This document shows, one piece after another, positions 22,582-36,343 of a DNA stretch of 64,000 bases. A program made the position numbers and the translations under genes. Under the pieces are notes generated by a model. That model worked only from the letters and a program-made list of their open reading frames with translations. It ran no database searches and was not told the DNA's origin. Source of the stretch: Octopus vulgaris (Eukaryota); the NCBI GenBank assembly GCA_951406725.2, contig OX597828.1:54560001-54624000 (forward strand), in the 5' to 3' direction. How positions within the stretch are numbered: position 1 is the first letter of the stretch; each line of letters starts with the position of its first letter.

Positions 22582-23845
22582 CTCTAGATAGTACAGAAAG
22601 AAGTGATGCTTCAGTTAAGCTCTGAATGGGAAAATGTGCGCCGATTTTTCTCCATTTATATACATTCGTTTGACAATAACATTGCAGGAATCTCAAATGG
22701 GTTTATGGCACTTCTGTCTTTATTTTTATAATCTAAGACAGTTCAAAAAGTATTTTCATATTTTTTTTAAAACTTATATATAGTGAAAATAAGTATAAAA
22801 ATTACTCTTAAGAAACAAAGGTGTTCGTTGTTTTTTGGGGGTTTTTTTTCACGTCTAGCACGCGCAGCCATACAACCTTAACCAGCCGTTTAAGAGAGAT
22901 TGTTGGGTGTACAACTACAGTTCAGTGATTTCCCCTCTTGTGCCTTAACCAAATTTAATTTCCTTATTAGTTTCTGAAAAATGTCTAAATTTCTTTAATG
23001 AAATTTTGAGGCAAGACTAGTGTGATCCCAATAATTCTTTCAATCATTTTTAAGGCGGAAAGAAAAACAAGTAAGAAGGACAAGTGTGGGAAGTCGGAAC
23101 TGTAATTCATTTCGTCTTTCACCCAATAACAACTTTAATTGCAACAAGACGGCAGCTTGTGTACAGGTATATAATTAGGCGCGCGCACATGCATCACCAT
23201 CAGAAACGTAATACGTAGATTCACATGAATGCACTCATGGGATAAAACCCGTTCGTATGCAATCAGTCACGCACAAATAATCACAGACGCACGTTGACAT
23301 ACTTACACATACGTGTCAACCCAAAGAAGGAATCTTTGGTGTCAGTTAGGAAACGTCTTCGAAGATCGATTTCAAACTGCTACGGGAAAGAACTGCCAAG
23401 TCTCTCCCAAATTTCAGCTCATTAAGTTTGCCCATTTGGAGATATCTCACTACAACAATTGCACGCGCGCACACGCACACACACACTCACGCAAACTCAC
23501 ACTCGTACACACAAACACACACACACACACTCGTACACACACTCACACGTACACACTGAAGAATACATGACTCGGGGTCTATTTTGCTCCGAATGCCATA
23601 CACGAATTTACAAACACACAATCATAAATAAACTAACACACAATATTACATAATATTTATACATGTACCCTGCTTCCACACATACACGTATACGCATACA
23701 CATATACACTTTGAAGAATATAGAATTTATTCTCTGCAGAGTTGATTGCTCTGAATACAAACGCATAATCACCAACACGGGCAGAAACACACACACACGA
23801 ACATGAATATACACAATCACAAACACACACACACAAATAGAGTGA

Positions 23846-23895
<50 letters not shown>

Positions 23896-25869
23896 TCTGT
23901 TAGCAGCGAATCGATTGAGCCAAACTAAATCTATTGACAATGAAGACCCCGAATAGTTATCTACGACGAGTTATTCAGATGAAAAGACCCTTTTTCTCCC
24001 CACCTTCTCCTGATCGAATCGTTAGAATTCTCATCTCCTTTACGGCGCCCTTGCATTATCTCGGAGTTCGATACTGGCGACGGTGGTGGTGGTGGTGGTT
24101 CGTTATAGAAACAATGGCGATGGTGGAGGAATGTCAGTGGTGGTGGCCGCGGTGGCGACGGTAGTAAAAGAGCACTTTCTACATAAATATTTTTTACCAT
24201 CTTCAGACATTAAAACTATACTCAACCTCCTTGACTTCTTATAAATGTTGTTTAACTTGAAATTACCACAGTTTATCTTCGCCATTTTTCACGGAACTAA
24301 TATGTTTTCTTCTGATAAATACGAAAAAGTTATCTTTACAACAAATAACCCTCACCAAACACCGCCGCCGCCGCCTTCACGATGATGATAACTTTAAATC
24401 GAACGCGTATGACAAGAGAATCACCAATTTAATGGTCGCACCAGCAGCACTGCACTCCCCATACGGAATTAAAGCAAATCCAAACACAAGAGTTAATCAT
24501 TGTATCCTTTGAAGATTACACAACCATTCTTCCTGTAGAATCTATAACTAACACATCCACCCCTCCCAGAACTAATGGCCTCTTCCAATGTCGGTTCCAT
24601 AAATGTGTTGGTGAAACAAGCATAGCTTCTCTCAATCGCATCCTCCTCTATTTCCTATTAAACTATTTTACACAAGATAACGTTATGAACCAGTAATAGA
24701 AATATATGTATGTGTCTGCTGGAATATTCGGGGGAAAGATACGGATATATGCATGGCCTGTTGCACTGAAGCATATGCATGTGTAAGTGCTACTATGTCT
24801 AGCGTACGTGTGAGAAGATTCGTGTGTACTCGGTAGAGAAGAATATGTATATTGCAACGAGTATTAGTACATGTATGCACACACACACATTTATATATGT
24901 GGGTATATGTAAGAGTACACATAGTGTAGATGTAAAAATGTTTCCGTGCATATGTACACGCGCTACACATACATATATATACATATACACATATATGTTT
25001 ATTGTTGTCATATCATTGTTATTTTATTTTATTCAACGTCATCGCTCTTCTGGTCTGTTAGAATCCTTGTGGTTACTATGGTTACCATAACTGTCCATTC
25101 ACCTCATTGGTCAAATCATGGATTTAAATGACCAAGTCAAGTTTATTAAGTTGTACAGGAGATATTAAGGAAGACGTTGATGATAATGATGATGATGGTG
25201 GTGGTGGTGATGGTTGAGGTGTTGGTGGTAGTGGTGGCGACGATGATGTCAGCTGCTAGATTTGGAAAAGAAAGAAATTAAAAATGGTCGACCATAGCTG
25301 CTGTAGGTGTTTAAGGCCATGATCAACCATCATTGATCAAAAGCCTTTCCAACCGTGGCCATATATTTTAACTAAACAGAAAAGTAGATATCATCAGTTG
25401 TAATTTCTTACTGTTAAACATTGTCGCTCATGATCAAGCAGATCTGTGTTCCACCCATGCCCATCCCGTCTATATATCAAGGCGCAGTGTACCAAGCACC
25501 AGAACATCTAATATGTTCTTTTAAAGTTCAAACTGAATCTCTTGCTATGATGTTAGGGATTTGGAACCAAGATATGATTTTCGTAGAGATTTGGCTGCAG
25601 ATCGAACCACCCACCATGCTGAGACTCTCTTTGGAATCATAATGGCAGAGATATCACTGAGGAAACAACCAGAATATTTATCCTCGAAGACAGATCAATT
25701 AGATATTTTCTAGAATTCTATGAAGTCTGTCTTCTTTATTCTTTCATTCTATAGCTGTGAATTTTGGCAACTTTAGAAGAAGACAAGAGAAAAGAATGTC
25801 TTTGACACCAGGTGTGTTCGTAAGATCGTTGGCACTAACTAAGATGGACTGCCGGTGTGAAAATACCGA

Positions 25870-25913
<44 letters not shown>

Positions 25914-27663
25914 TGTGTTCCAAATTAGAATTACCAAAGTAGCTCTCTTCATGTCTATGGTCTGCTAGACAGAAGGATGTTTACATGGTTGTCTGGTGCG
26001 ATGATGGCAGCAAAAATTGGCTGCAATGGCAGAAAGCTTTCTTTCTTCTTCAGCCTCTCTCTCTCTCTCTCCTCCCTCTCTCTCTCTCTCTCTCTCACGC
26101 ACACACACACAGACACGCACGTACGCTCACTCGCAAACATTCATATACGCATACGTACTTGCGTCCTACCGATAAATACACGCACGTATAGAACAACACA
26201 AACGCACTCATGGTAACATACACACTACAAGCATACACGCAAACGCCTTCACACACACATACACAGACACGTGTTCGTAGACACACTCACGGATACCTGC
26301 ACCATTCATCATCGCCGTGTGAGGCTTTATTTATTAAACCAAGACCGTGCGGAGTTGTTAAACTGTTCCTCAGTTGGGTGGCAGCAGTAAAAAGCAGCCA
26401 AGAGAGAGAAGAAATTCCGATGTCTTTGACACTAAGTGTCATTTACACGATTTCGGAGATGAAATAGAATGGAATTTAAATGTGAGATGGAGAGAGTGGT
26501 GGGAAGAGGAAAGGACGTTTGAAGCCGCTCTTTCCTCCTTTCAGCGATAACAGTCAAAGGCAGCCACTACGTGGTTACAAGACTTGCTAGAAGCAGTAGC
26601 CAATTTTCCCTCAGACCGCAAATTTTTAGCATCTTTAAACACAAAGGAAAGATTCTTCTATGTTCTTAAGATGGGAACGGTCATGAGTGGCTGGGATGTT
26701 TGGATCATAGGTCCCTGTTGGAGCAGTGTTGTCCTGGGGTTAAACAACGTCTTTGAGGTTTGGCGGAAGGAGAGGGAGGAGAAAGAGAAGTGAAGGGGCA
26801 GTGCCCTCTCTCCCTCCCTCCCAGTATAGGGACATTGATGTGATGACATTTCAAACTTATACAACTCTGAGTGGGAGATACAGGAAGAGTAATCTCTGGG
26901 GAAAAGAGGTTGGGTAAAATAGCCGTTGTTGGGTGTAGGTGAGGAGGAAGAGAGCCGAGAGAGGAGGGACAAAACTGGTGGAAGATGTAGGAGAGATAGG
27001 AGTGATAAGGTGAGAGGGAGAGTACGGGTGATGAGAGAGGAGAGTGTAACAGAAGAGGAGGAGATAATTGTGAGAGTGGAGGAGAGAAGGTAATGGTGTG
27101 ATATTTAACTGGTTTAGAGGTGCATTGAGTGTTATAGCTGAGGTGAAAGGAGGGACAGAGAGAAGTACAGCATGTCTCAGACCCATTGTGTCAATGATTG
27201 ACTCAGTGAAATGAAAGAGAGGGAACGTTTGTCAAGGTTATGAAGGTGGGTCAGAATGTTTATGATTTGAGTTGCTTTGCTGGACCTTCAAGGCTGCACT
27301 TTTTGAGATTTAAGTTAGATCTTCGTGTTATTTCAAGCAAGTCAGACAATTACATAAGGAAGGATTTCCTCTTTGGGTGATAGAAGTAAAATGAAGTGAA
27401 AACCTCAAAATTGCTTGTCTGAGAATTGAAACCTGCATTGCAGAATCATCATATGTTTTTGAAGTTTTAACTCCTAAATGATGATTATAGAGGCATTGAT
27501 TTTTTAATAGAACATTCTTTGTTTGCTGTTTGTGACAGCAAAAGTGATAAGGGAAGGACAGAGCAAATATATCAGGGTACATCACTCATAACTATTTTGA
27601 TTTTTTTTACTTTCTCCTTACCTCTGTTGTATACAACAGGTTTGTTTCTGTTTCCAAAATATT

Positions 27664-27921
27664 CTTTTTTCTTTGTGCCCTTTTAAAACCTAACCAGGCT
27701 CATGGGCCCGGTTTCCCGGTTTCAATGGCATATGTGTTCCTCAACTGGACAGGCTGCCAGTCCATCACAGCGTTACTCATTTTTGCCAGCTGAGTGGACT
27801 GGAGCAACATGAAATGAAGTGTTTTGCTCAAGAACACAGCGTGTCACCCGGTCCAGGAATCGAAACCACAATCTCACGATTATGATGCTGACACCCTAAC
27901 CACTAAGCCACATGCCTCCAC
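27664..27921 (-). mobile_element. CORE-headed SINE with GATGGACTGGC..CC.GTCCAG-type tail, 12-bp TSD
   Basis: TSD TTCCAAAATATT at 27652-27663 and 27922-27933; tail shared with 35554-35635. Confidence 0.85.
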
Positions 27922-28569
27922 TTCCAAAATATTACTCACAAGATATTAGATGAGAGACATGCTCAAGGTGCTGCTCTGAAATGGAATCAAACCTGGAATG
28001 ACGTAGTTGAAATGAACTTCATAACCTTGCAGCCGATCTGAGGGATTATCACTAGACTACAATGTTGAGACACAACCAGAAACACCCTGACCCCACCCAA
28101 CTCATTCACTCTTTTCTTTGTTCAGTCATGTGACCTTCAACTCTTTCTTACTGCTCAGCTATTGATTGTACAAAAGGCCTTTGTGTGTGCAAAGTTGTAA
28201 ACTGTTGTATGTTGAATGTGAGTGCAGTTGTGTACTGTTATCTGTGTATTTTGCTATTGTGTACATGTGTGTATTGAGGGATGTTTTTTTTTTACTTATT
28301 TCAGTCACTAGACTGTTGCCATGCTGGGGCACTGGCTCGAAGAATCATAATTGAATGAATTGACCCCAGTATTAATTTGTTTTTTAAAGCTTACAAAGAA
28401 TAAGTCCTGGGGTCGATTTGTTCGATTAAAGGCGGTGCTCCAGCATGGCCACAGTCAAATGACTGAAACAAGTAAAAGAGTAAGCCTAACGTTTATTCTT
28501 GTTAAGGTCATCTTTACCGAATTTTCTATCAAAATTATAACCAGATGGATTTCGTTACAACATTTCTTA

Positions 28570-28889
28570 TTGGAGACACCAAATGTAAACAACACTAAGA
28601 TCAAAGATGAAACATGGGTAACAGACGGATATGCCATATTCCAGGAGTTTTTGATCCTTTATCAACACCCATCTAACCCAATGACCCTCAAAAAACTCAT
28701 TGTAAAATTGGTATATCTAACAATGTTACACCATGACATTTAATGGCTATTTAAGCAATATATTTGTGGATGGTTAATGGGTTTTATGGGTGTTGATGAA
28801 GGAGCAAAAACTCTTGGAATATGCCATATACCTGCAGTACCCATTTCTCATCTTTGATCTTGTGCGCCTACATTTTTCAAATTCTCCAA
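28570..28889. repeat. Long imperfect fold-back (palindromic MITE-like) element
   Basis: AAGATCAAAGATGAAACATGGGTA...ATATTCCAGGAGTTTTTGATCCTTTATCAACACCCATCTAACCCA pairs with TGGGTTTTATGGGTGTTGATGAAGGAGCAAAAACTCTTGGAATAT...TACCCATTTCTCATCTTTGATCTT. Confidence 0.85.
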
Positions 28890-28891
28890 AC

Positions 28892-29235
28892 CATTGGTTC
28901 TCAACTGGGGTCCACATGTCCCCTGAGGGGGGACCATATAATATTTTTAAGGGTCCATGCTACAAAATAGTAAATTGGAAACCCAGAATAGTTTCTTGAG
29001 GACCCCTGAAGAAATTTTGCTTTAGATGTATGTATTGGTATGTATTGCAAGAAACAGCTAGGTTTCTTTCTCTAACGCTTTACATAGTTCAAACTACACA
29101 AGGTGATGTGTAAAAAAACTAAATAGGAATTTTGAAAGACGTTTCTACAAAACTACCCTTTAGACATAGAATGACTAAGGGGTCCACCAGGATAAAATAG
29201 TAATCAAGGGACAAAAAAATGGTTGAGAAACCTTT
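28892..29235. mobile_element. Degenerate hAT-type MITE
   Basis: Ends CATTGGTTCTCAAC... / ...GGTTGAGAAACC with repeated subterminal GGGTCC/GGACC motifs; TSD not clear. Confidence 0.65.
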
Positions 29236-29490
29236 ATCTCTATGGTCATTTGACCAGCTGGGAACATCAGGCAAATCTTTCTCCAGTCACCACCACCACC
29301 TGGGTTCTCTGCATACAGGGAAAAGATGAGATGGTCACAAGTAGAAAGAGTGACCCTTGGACAAATTTTTAAGCTAGGTACTTTATTGTATCAGAGTCTT
29401 TTGCTGAACTGCTAAGTTTCAAGGATGTAAACACACCAACATCAGCTGTCAAGCAGTGATGGGGGGGACAAGCACAGACACAAAGACATG

Positions 29491-29543
<53 letters not shown>

Positions 29544-29604
29544 ACAATATATAAAAGGGCTTAGTAAAATAAATTACTTTGATACTGAACTCAATGCACA
29601 TACT

Positions 29605-30047
29605 TATACTTGCTTCAGTCATTTGACTGTGGTCATGCTGGAGCACTGCCTTTAGTTGAGCAAATCGACCACAGGACTTATTCTTTGTAAGCTTAGTACT
29701 TATTCTACCGGTCTCGTTTGCCGAACCGCTAAGTTACAGAGATGGAAACACACCAGCATCGGATTTCAAGTGATGGTGGGGGGACAAACACAGACACACA
29801 AACATACTCACTCGCACACACATATATGTACATACAATTGATTGAAATTTTGTGTTTCAGAGCAAAAGATAAATATCAAGTCAGCATCACTATCATCCAT
29901 CAGTTTCTGTCTACCAAATTCGCTCACAAGCAACGCCTTGGCCAGCCCAAGAGTAGAATAGAAGACACTTGCCCAAGGTGCCACGCAGTGAGACTGAACC
30001 CAGAACCATGTGGTTGGGAAGCAAGCTTCTTATCACACAGTCACTCT
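29605..30047 (-). mobile_element. SINE family A copy with an internal insertion
   Basis: Tail and head both present; the ~60-bp insert at 29838-29897 resembles 30604-30662. Confidence 0.85.
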
Positions 30048-30048
30048 T

Positions 30049-30110
<62 letters not shown>

Positions 30111-31373
30111 GTCTTCTTTTAGTATCAGAAACAGACAGAGCTACTCTGTTATCTGTGATGGCCCCTACACTAGGGGATTGATAACGTTGGTGGGGTGGGG
30201 GTTAAGTCTAGGTAGTGGAGGAAAGTGAGTTGGGGTAGATAAATGGGGAGACTGTGGTGGGAAGTGATGGTGGTGACAGTGGAGTAATTGAAGTCTAGAA
30301 ATAATGATGATGATGATGATGACAACGATGATGATGATGATGCGGAAGATGAGTTTTGATGACAACAGCAACATCAACAACAATGACCACACACCAAGAA
30401 TATTAATTGCCACCAGAAAATAAATTAACTATATAAATAAATAAATAAATTGCAGAATGAACACCCACCTCTGCCACCCCCACTTCTACAAACAAAAAAA
30501 AAATCAACAGCAAGCTATAAAAAAACAAAAAACAAACATGTGCTGAAAGAATTTTCTCGAAGAGAATCAAGCAAGTCATTGAATTTCAATTTTCTTTGAC
30601 TGAATTGATTGAAATTTTGTGTTTTAGAGCAAAAAATAAATATTAAAACAGCATCACTATCACCATTATCATCATCACCATCTTGACACAGCTACCAACA
30701 ACACCACCACCACCACCACTGTCTTTACCAATACCACTGCCAAAACCTTCTGACAATTCCCCATACCATCACCACCACCACCACTATTACAACATATAGG
30801 AATGAGTAACAAAAAAACCAGATGGCCATGGGTCGCCAGCTGCCCAAAAGAATGACAGTCAAGTGGGCAGTAACATGTTGCTGCAGTGGATCAAGGAATG
30901 TTAATTGTAATGAGTAATGAGAATAATGATCGTGTGTTTGCTTCATCACGACAGACCTGGGGTTACACAACTTATGTTTCACTCAGTTTCTCGAATATTT
31001 TGCGAAAGAGAAATAATGAAAGAGAAGGAAAGAAAGAGAATGATGAAGACAGAAAGGATAAAAGAAAAAAAAAAACAAAGATAAAACGGTAATGAAAGAA
31101 GTGAGAAAGAGAGAAAGAAAGAAGCAAGAAGAGAGAAAAGCAAAAAGAAGATAAAGAATATGGTGCCAATAGCCATTATGAATCCTAAACTCTCAGATTT
31201 CAACAAGAAACTAACTAAAAATACATTTTTTAATATTTTTTTTTCCTCTTTTTTTCTTCTTCTTCTCAGAGATTCTGTTCTCAGAGATTTCTAAAGCTTG
31301 AGATAACAACATAATTCTTTATATACTTTGTGCACCGTGGTACCTCGCTGACGTTGGCAAAGAAATGGAACTG

Positions 31374-31405
<32 letters not shown>

Positions 31406-31809
31406 AACCTAAATATCTATTGTCGCCATTATCATCATCATCATCATCATCATGAGCTTAATTATCATTGCAGTCATCTTCATAATCCCCATAGTCTCAG
31501 AATCGCCCTCATCATCACCAACATCGGATATCTGTCTCCCTCTCTGCACCCAGTCTCAGATCTCTAATTAGGGCAAGTTCACGTTATTAAAGAATCAGGG
31601 AAAAGATTTAACAATACAGACTTAAACACCACCACCACCATCACTATCAACACCAACAACAACAACAGCAACAGCAACAGCAACAAGTCTGTTATGATTC
31701 CTAGTTTGTACCAACCTTACCTCACACTCCCACACAAACACATTTTAGCTTTCATGCAATGTCTTCAAAGCACTAAATGATGTCGCTCCCTCACTCGAAC
31801 CGTAACATC

Positions 31810-31851
<42 letters not shown>

Positions 31852-32019
31852 ACTGTCACACTGGTCTATGTTTATATCTAAGACTCAGTCACCCTGGGCT
31901 ACTTTAATATGTAAGACAGCCACTTTAGTCTATAACGGACATTTTTTTTCTCTTCTTCTCATTACTGTAACTGTCCTAACACACAAAATGTCTGCCCCAT
32001 GTCATCACATAATTATGTA

Positions 32020-32110
32020 TACATACATGTGTGTTTGTGTATATGTATATACATACATATACACACATACATACACACACATATATATGTGTGCGTGTGT
32101 ATATATATAT

Positions 32111-32193
<83 letters not shown>

Positions 32194-32222
32194 CACAATG
32201 TATATATATATATATGACACAC

Positions 32223-32254
<32 letters not shown>

Positions 32255-32325
32255 ATATATATATATATATATATACACACGCACACATAGACATACACAT
32301 AAACACACACACATACACATATAAA
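32020..32325. repeat. Compound (TA)n/(CA)n microsatellite field
   Basis: Direct; source of the YIYI ORFs here. Confidence 0.95.
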
Positions 32326-32782
32326 AATATATATTATGTTTGAATGAATGAATAAAAAATACGTTTGTTTTGAAAGAAGCAGAGTAATGCAGAATGGAAA
32401 AGAATTTCGGTAATTTAAGAATGACACCGGAATCAATCATTTCTGGAGAGAACTAATATATTCAGTTGATGTTAAACAAAAAAAAAACTCCAGGCTAACT
32501 CTTAACACTTGTTCTATTAAAATTTGTTTCCTGGTTGATAAATGATAGTAGCTGTGACAAGGAATACCAGCCTTCATAAATAGTACATATGATATGAGGC
32601 TTTAATTCTGACATTAAGAACATAATGCACAGAGAATAAATTTCAAGGAATGAATGTCGTAGTTATAGATATAAATATATAGTATTCTACAGACTTACTG
32701 ACCATGCATATATGCCCTTCATATATATATATATACACACATATATACCCTATATATATATATATATATATGCATATATACA

Positions 32783-32914
32783 AAAAAAACAAAAGACAAA
32801 GACAGGTGGTGTGCAAAACAAACAGATGTATTAGTATAACGCTCAGGAATAGAAAAAGTCTTTTACGTTTCGATCCTACACTCTTCTACACAAAGGGACA
32901 CAGAAAAAACAAGG

Positions 32915-32915
<1 letters not shown>
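32783..32915 (-). mobile_element. Hammerhead-bearing element, subfamily 2, degenerate
   Basis: Minus strand CTTT-GTGTAGA-A-GAGT-GTAG-GATC-GAAA-CG-TA-AAAG, then TTCCTGAGCGTTATACTAATAC; flanked by (TA)n; paralog at 59440-59627. Confidence 0.6.
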
Positions 32916-32984
<69 letters not shown>

Positions 32985-33182
32985 ATTATATCCTATCCAA
33001 AACTTGGAGTTTTATCCTGGCTACCGAATAATTGTCACATATTACATTTACAGATAAATTCCTCTATTTACATAATATCGAGGTCTCTTTCATTCTTTTG
33101 TTGCTTTCTGAAGGTGAAATGCAAAAAAAAAAAACGTTTTTACATTCAAATATGTTGGAACTTGTTAAGAATCATTGTTATT

Positions 33183-33380
33183 ATGGTGGTGAGCTGACAG
33201 TACCATTAGCATGCCGGACAAAATGGTTTGTGGCATTCTGTCCAACCTTATGCTCCAAGGTCAAATTCCACAAAGGTTGACTTTGCCCTTTGTCCTTTCA
33301 GGGTCAAGAAAATAGGTACCAGTTGAATACTGGGGTTGATGTAATCAACTAGCTGCCCCACCCTCAAAGTAGAAAGGAAT
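33183..33380 (+). mobile_element. SINE family B, CpG-decayed copy
   Basis: GGTGGTGAGCTGACAG...CAAATTCCACAAAGGTTGACTTTGCC...GTACCAGTTGAATACTGGGGTTGATG. Confidence 0.75.
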
Positions 33381-33571
33381 ATATACATCATTAACATAAA
33401 CTATTATATTCAAATATTATTTAACTTTATAAATGCCAATTTGATATGTATGTGTGTATGTTTATATGCATGTATGTATGTGTGTTTATATTACTTGCTA
33501 TCCAGCAATTAGTAAAATTGGTATTGTGGTTGTTGATGGCTCTGTTACCCTTTTCACTCTCAAATCTGTGA

Positions 33572-33946
33572 TACTCTTTTACTTGTTTCAGTCATCTGAC
33601 TGCGGCCATGCTGGAACACAGCCTTTAATCGAGCAAATCGACCCCAGGACTTATTCTTTGTAAGCCTAGTACTTATTCTATCGGACTCTTTTGCCGAACC
33701 ACTAAGTTACAGGGATGCAAACACACCAGCATCAGTTGTCAAGTGATGTTCGGGGGACAAACACAGACACACAAACACATACATATATATGACGGGCTTC
33801 TTTCAGTTTCCGTCTACCAAATCCACTCACAAGGTTTTGGTCGGCCCGAGGCTATAGTAGAAGACACTTGCCCAAGATGCCATGCAGTGGGACTGAACCC
33901 GGAACCATGTGGTTGGTAAGCAAGCTATTTACCACACAGCCACTCC
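33572..33946 (-). mobile_element. SINE family A, full length
   Basis: Colinear with the consensus. Confidence 0.9.
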
Positions 33947-34872
33947 AATTTATAATATTGTTCTGTTTTCTCCAACTAAGTTGCATTTATTTCAATATTT
34001 TGTTTTAAACAACCTTAACCATAAAAATCAAACAGAAGTCAAAGACTTTGACGTAATGAAACTAAGTTACGAAGATTTATCGATTTATGGTATCAAAATA
34101 GAAACATGAGTCTGTGTACAAAGCATGGAATTTACACAGGTTTTGCTAGTTTAGATTGAAATGTTAGCAGTGGGTGTCTAAATTTTGTTCTAATTATCAA
34201 GAGTTGACTGTTGACTAAAACAGAAAATCCATGTGATTAAAAGATGAAAAATCATTTGAAATTATAGAAATTTTAGACCCAACGAATACATTGACAAAAC
34301 AGAGACAAGCCATTGTTTACAGTTGTTTATAGTTTTCCATTTTATGTTTTTAATTTTGTAGTAATTTGAAATGAGAAGAATAATAGATATTAAAACTTGC
34401 AGTTTTAAGAATTATTTCCACTAAAGAGAAATTTTATTGTACATCTTTAGAATTTTGTTTTAATATCAATTCTATAAATAAGGCAAGCCAGTTGATTGAA
34501 ATTTAAATAAAAATATTACAAAAAGGAAATGAAAATGAAAAAAAAAAACAAGAAAAAGTATGTATTTTAATCAAAAATTACCAAGTGCAAAGACACTGGG
34601 AAAATAAATTAAAAAAAGAAAGAAAAGGCGGGGGGAATAAAAAAAAAATTCTAATATACAGCAATGAATTGAATCTAAAGAAAACCTCTTTGCTAGAGAA
34701 TGTATTTGTATAGGAACCATATGGAATGATTCATTTCGTAGAAATTTTGGTTTGGATTGTCATCATGTAACACACACACACACACACACACACTTGGTGT
34801 TCAAGTATTGAATGGAGTGGCTAGGTGGGGCAGATTACAGTTTTACATCATATATGCGTGTTATGTATATAT

Positions 34873-35327
34873 ATTCTTTTATTCTTTTACTCGTTTCAGT
34901 CATTTGACCATACTGGAGCAATACCTAAAAGAGTTATTTTAGTTGAAGAAATCGACTCCAGGACTTATTCTTTGTAAGCCTAGTACTTATTCTATCGGTC
35001 TCTTTTGCCAAAGTTACAGGGACGTAAACACACCAACACTGGTGGTCAAGCGACGATGTGGGGGTCAAACACAAACTCACATAAATACATACATATATAT
35101 ATACACATAAATACATATACACACATATATATACACACACATATACACACACATACAAATACATATATGATGGGCTTCTTTCTGTTTCTGTCAACCAAAT
35201 CCATTCACAAGTCTTTGGTTGGCTCAAGGCTATAGTAGAACACACTTGCCCAAGGTGCCATGCAGTGGGACTGAACCAGGAACCATGTGATTAGGAAGAA
35301 GCTTTTTACCACACGGCCACACCTGCA
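34873..35327 (-). mobile_element. SINE family A, diverged full-length copy
   Basis: Colinear with the consensus. Confidence 0.85.
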
Positions 35328-35640
35328 CTATGGACGTGGCTAAGTGGTTAGGCTATTCCGCTGACAACCACGAGGTCATGAATTCGATACCAGATGGTGT
35401 GCTGTGTCCTTGGGCAAAAACACTTTATTCCACTTTGCTCCAGTCCATTCTGCTGGCAAAAGTGGGTGTTAGGGTTAGGGGCAACCCCTGTTGTAGTCTT
35501 TTTTGCCCCAACTTTCTCTCACTCTTTCTTCCTGTTTTTTGAGTAACACTGTGATGGACTGGCATCCCGTCCAGCTGGAGGGAACACATACGCCATAGAA
35601 ACCGGGCCCATGAGCCTGGCTAGGCTTGAAAAGGATGCAT
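35328..35640 (+). mobile_element. Mosaic SINE: tRNA/CORE head plus C1 middle plus GATGGACTGGCATCCCGTCCAG tail
   Basis: CORE GTGTCCTTGGGCAAAAACACTTTATT; middle CCCTGTTGTAGTC...CAACTTTCTCTCACTC as at 1188-1224; tail as at 27690-27770 (-). Confidence 0.8.
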
Positions 35641-35642
35641 AA

Positions 35643-35690
<48 letters not shown>

Positions 35691-35858
35691 CCTTCTGTAT
35701 GAAACATTTTCATAAAAGCACAATTACAATAGCAGAAACAATCAGTAAAATCTCGAGCGTATATATACGTATATGTATGCATACAAGGTATATATTTTAT
35801 ACACAAACAATGATATATAAACCTATCGTCATTTTACATTGCTTTTCCATACTTGCAG

Positions 35859-35961
35859 GAGTCGGATGAGCTATTGCCTAAGACTCAGTACATTTTCAAA
35901 GAAACCACTCTCCAAGATAAGTGGAGGGAGGACACCACCATAATTAACTTTCATATCACCT
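35859..35961 (+). other. Candidate internal exon (103 nt)
   Basis: Acceptor CTTTTCCATACTTGCAG|G and donor CCT|GTAAGC; frame 0 open (ESDELLPKTQYIFKETTLQDKWREDTTIINFHIT). The donor overlaps the start of a SINE A head. Confidence 0.25.
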
Positions 35962-35964
35962 GTA

Positions 35965-36343
35965 AGCACTGGCTTGGGCTATGTGTTAAGAAGGTTGCTT
36001 CCCAGCCACATGGTTTCAGGTTCAGTCCCACTGTGTGGCACCTTGGGCAAGTGTCTTCTACTATAGCCTCAGGCCAACCAAAGCCTTGTGAGTGGATTTG
36101 GTAGACAGAAACTGAAAGAAGCTTGTTGTATATATTCTTTTACTTGTTTCAGTTATTTGACTGCAGCCATGCTGGAGCACCACATGTAGAACAAATCGAT
36201 CCCAGGACTTATTCCTTGTAAGCCTAGTAGTACATACACACCAACATCAATTGTCAAGCAACGGCGGGGGAGGGGACAAACACAGACACACACACAAATA
36301 CACACACACATATATAAACATACATATGACGGGCTTCTTTCAG
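35965..36343. mobile_element. SINE A 5' half (+) abutting a SINE A 3' half (-)
   Basis: Head to GAAAGAAGC at ~36122, then TTCTTTTACTTGTTTCAG...GACGGGCTTCTTTCAG. Confidence 0.8.

Noticed and set aside
26790-27180. Purine-rich segment as a LINE 3' end or coding exon
   Set aside because: Only vague motif resemblance; low complexity and no coherent frame.
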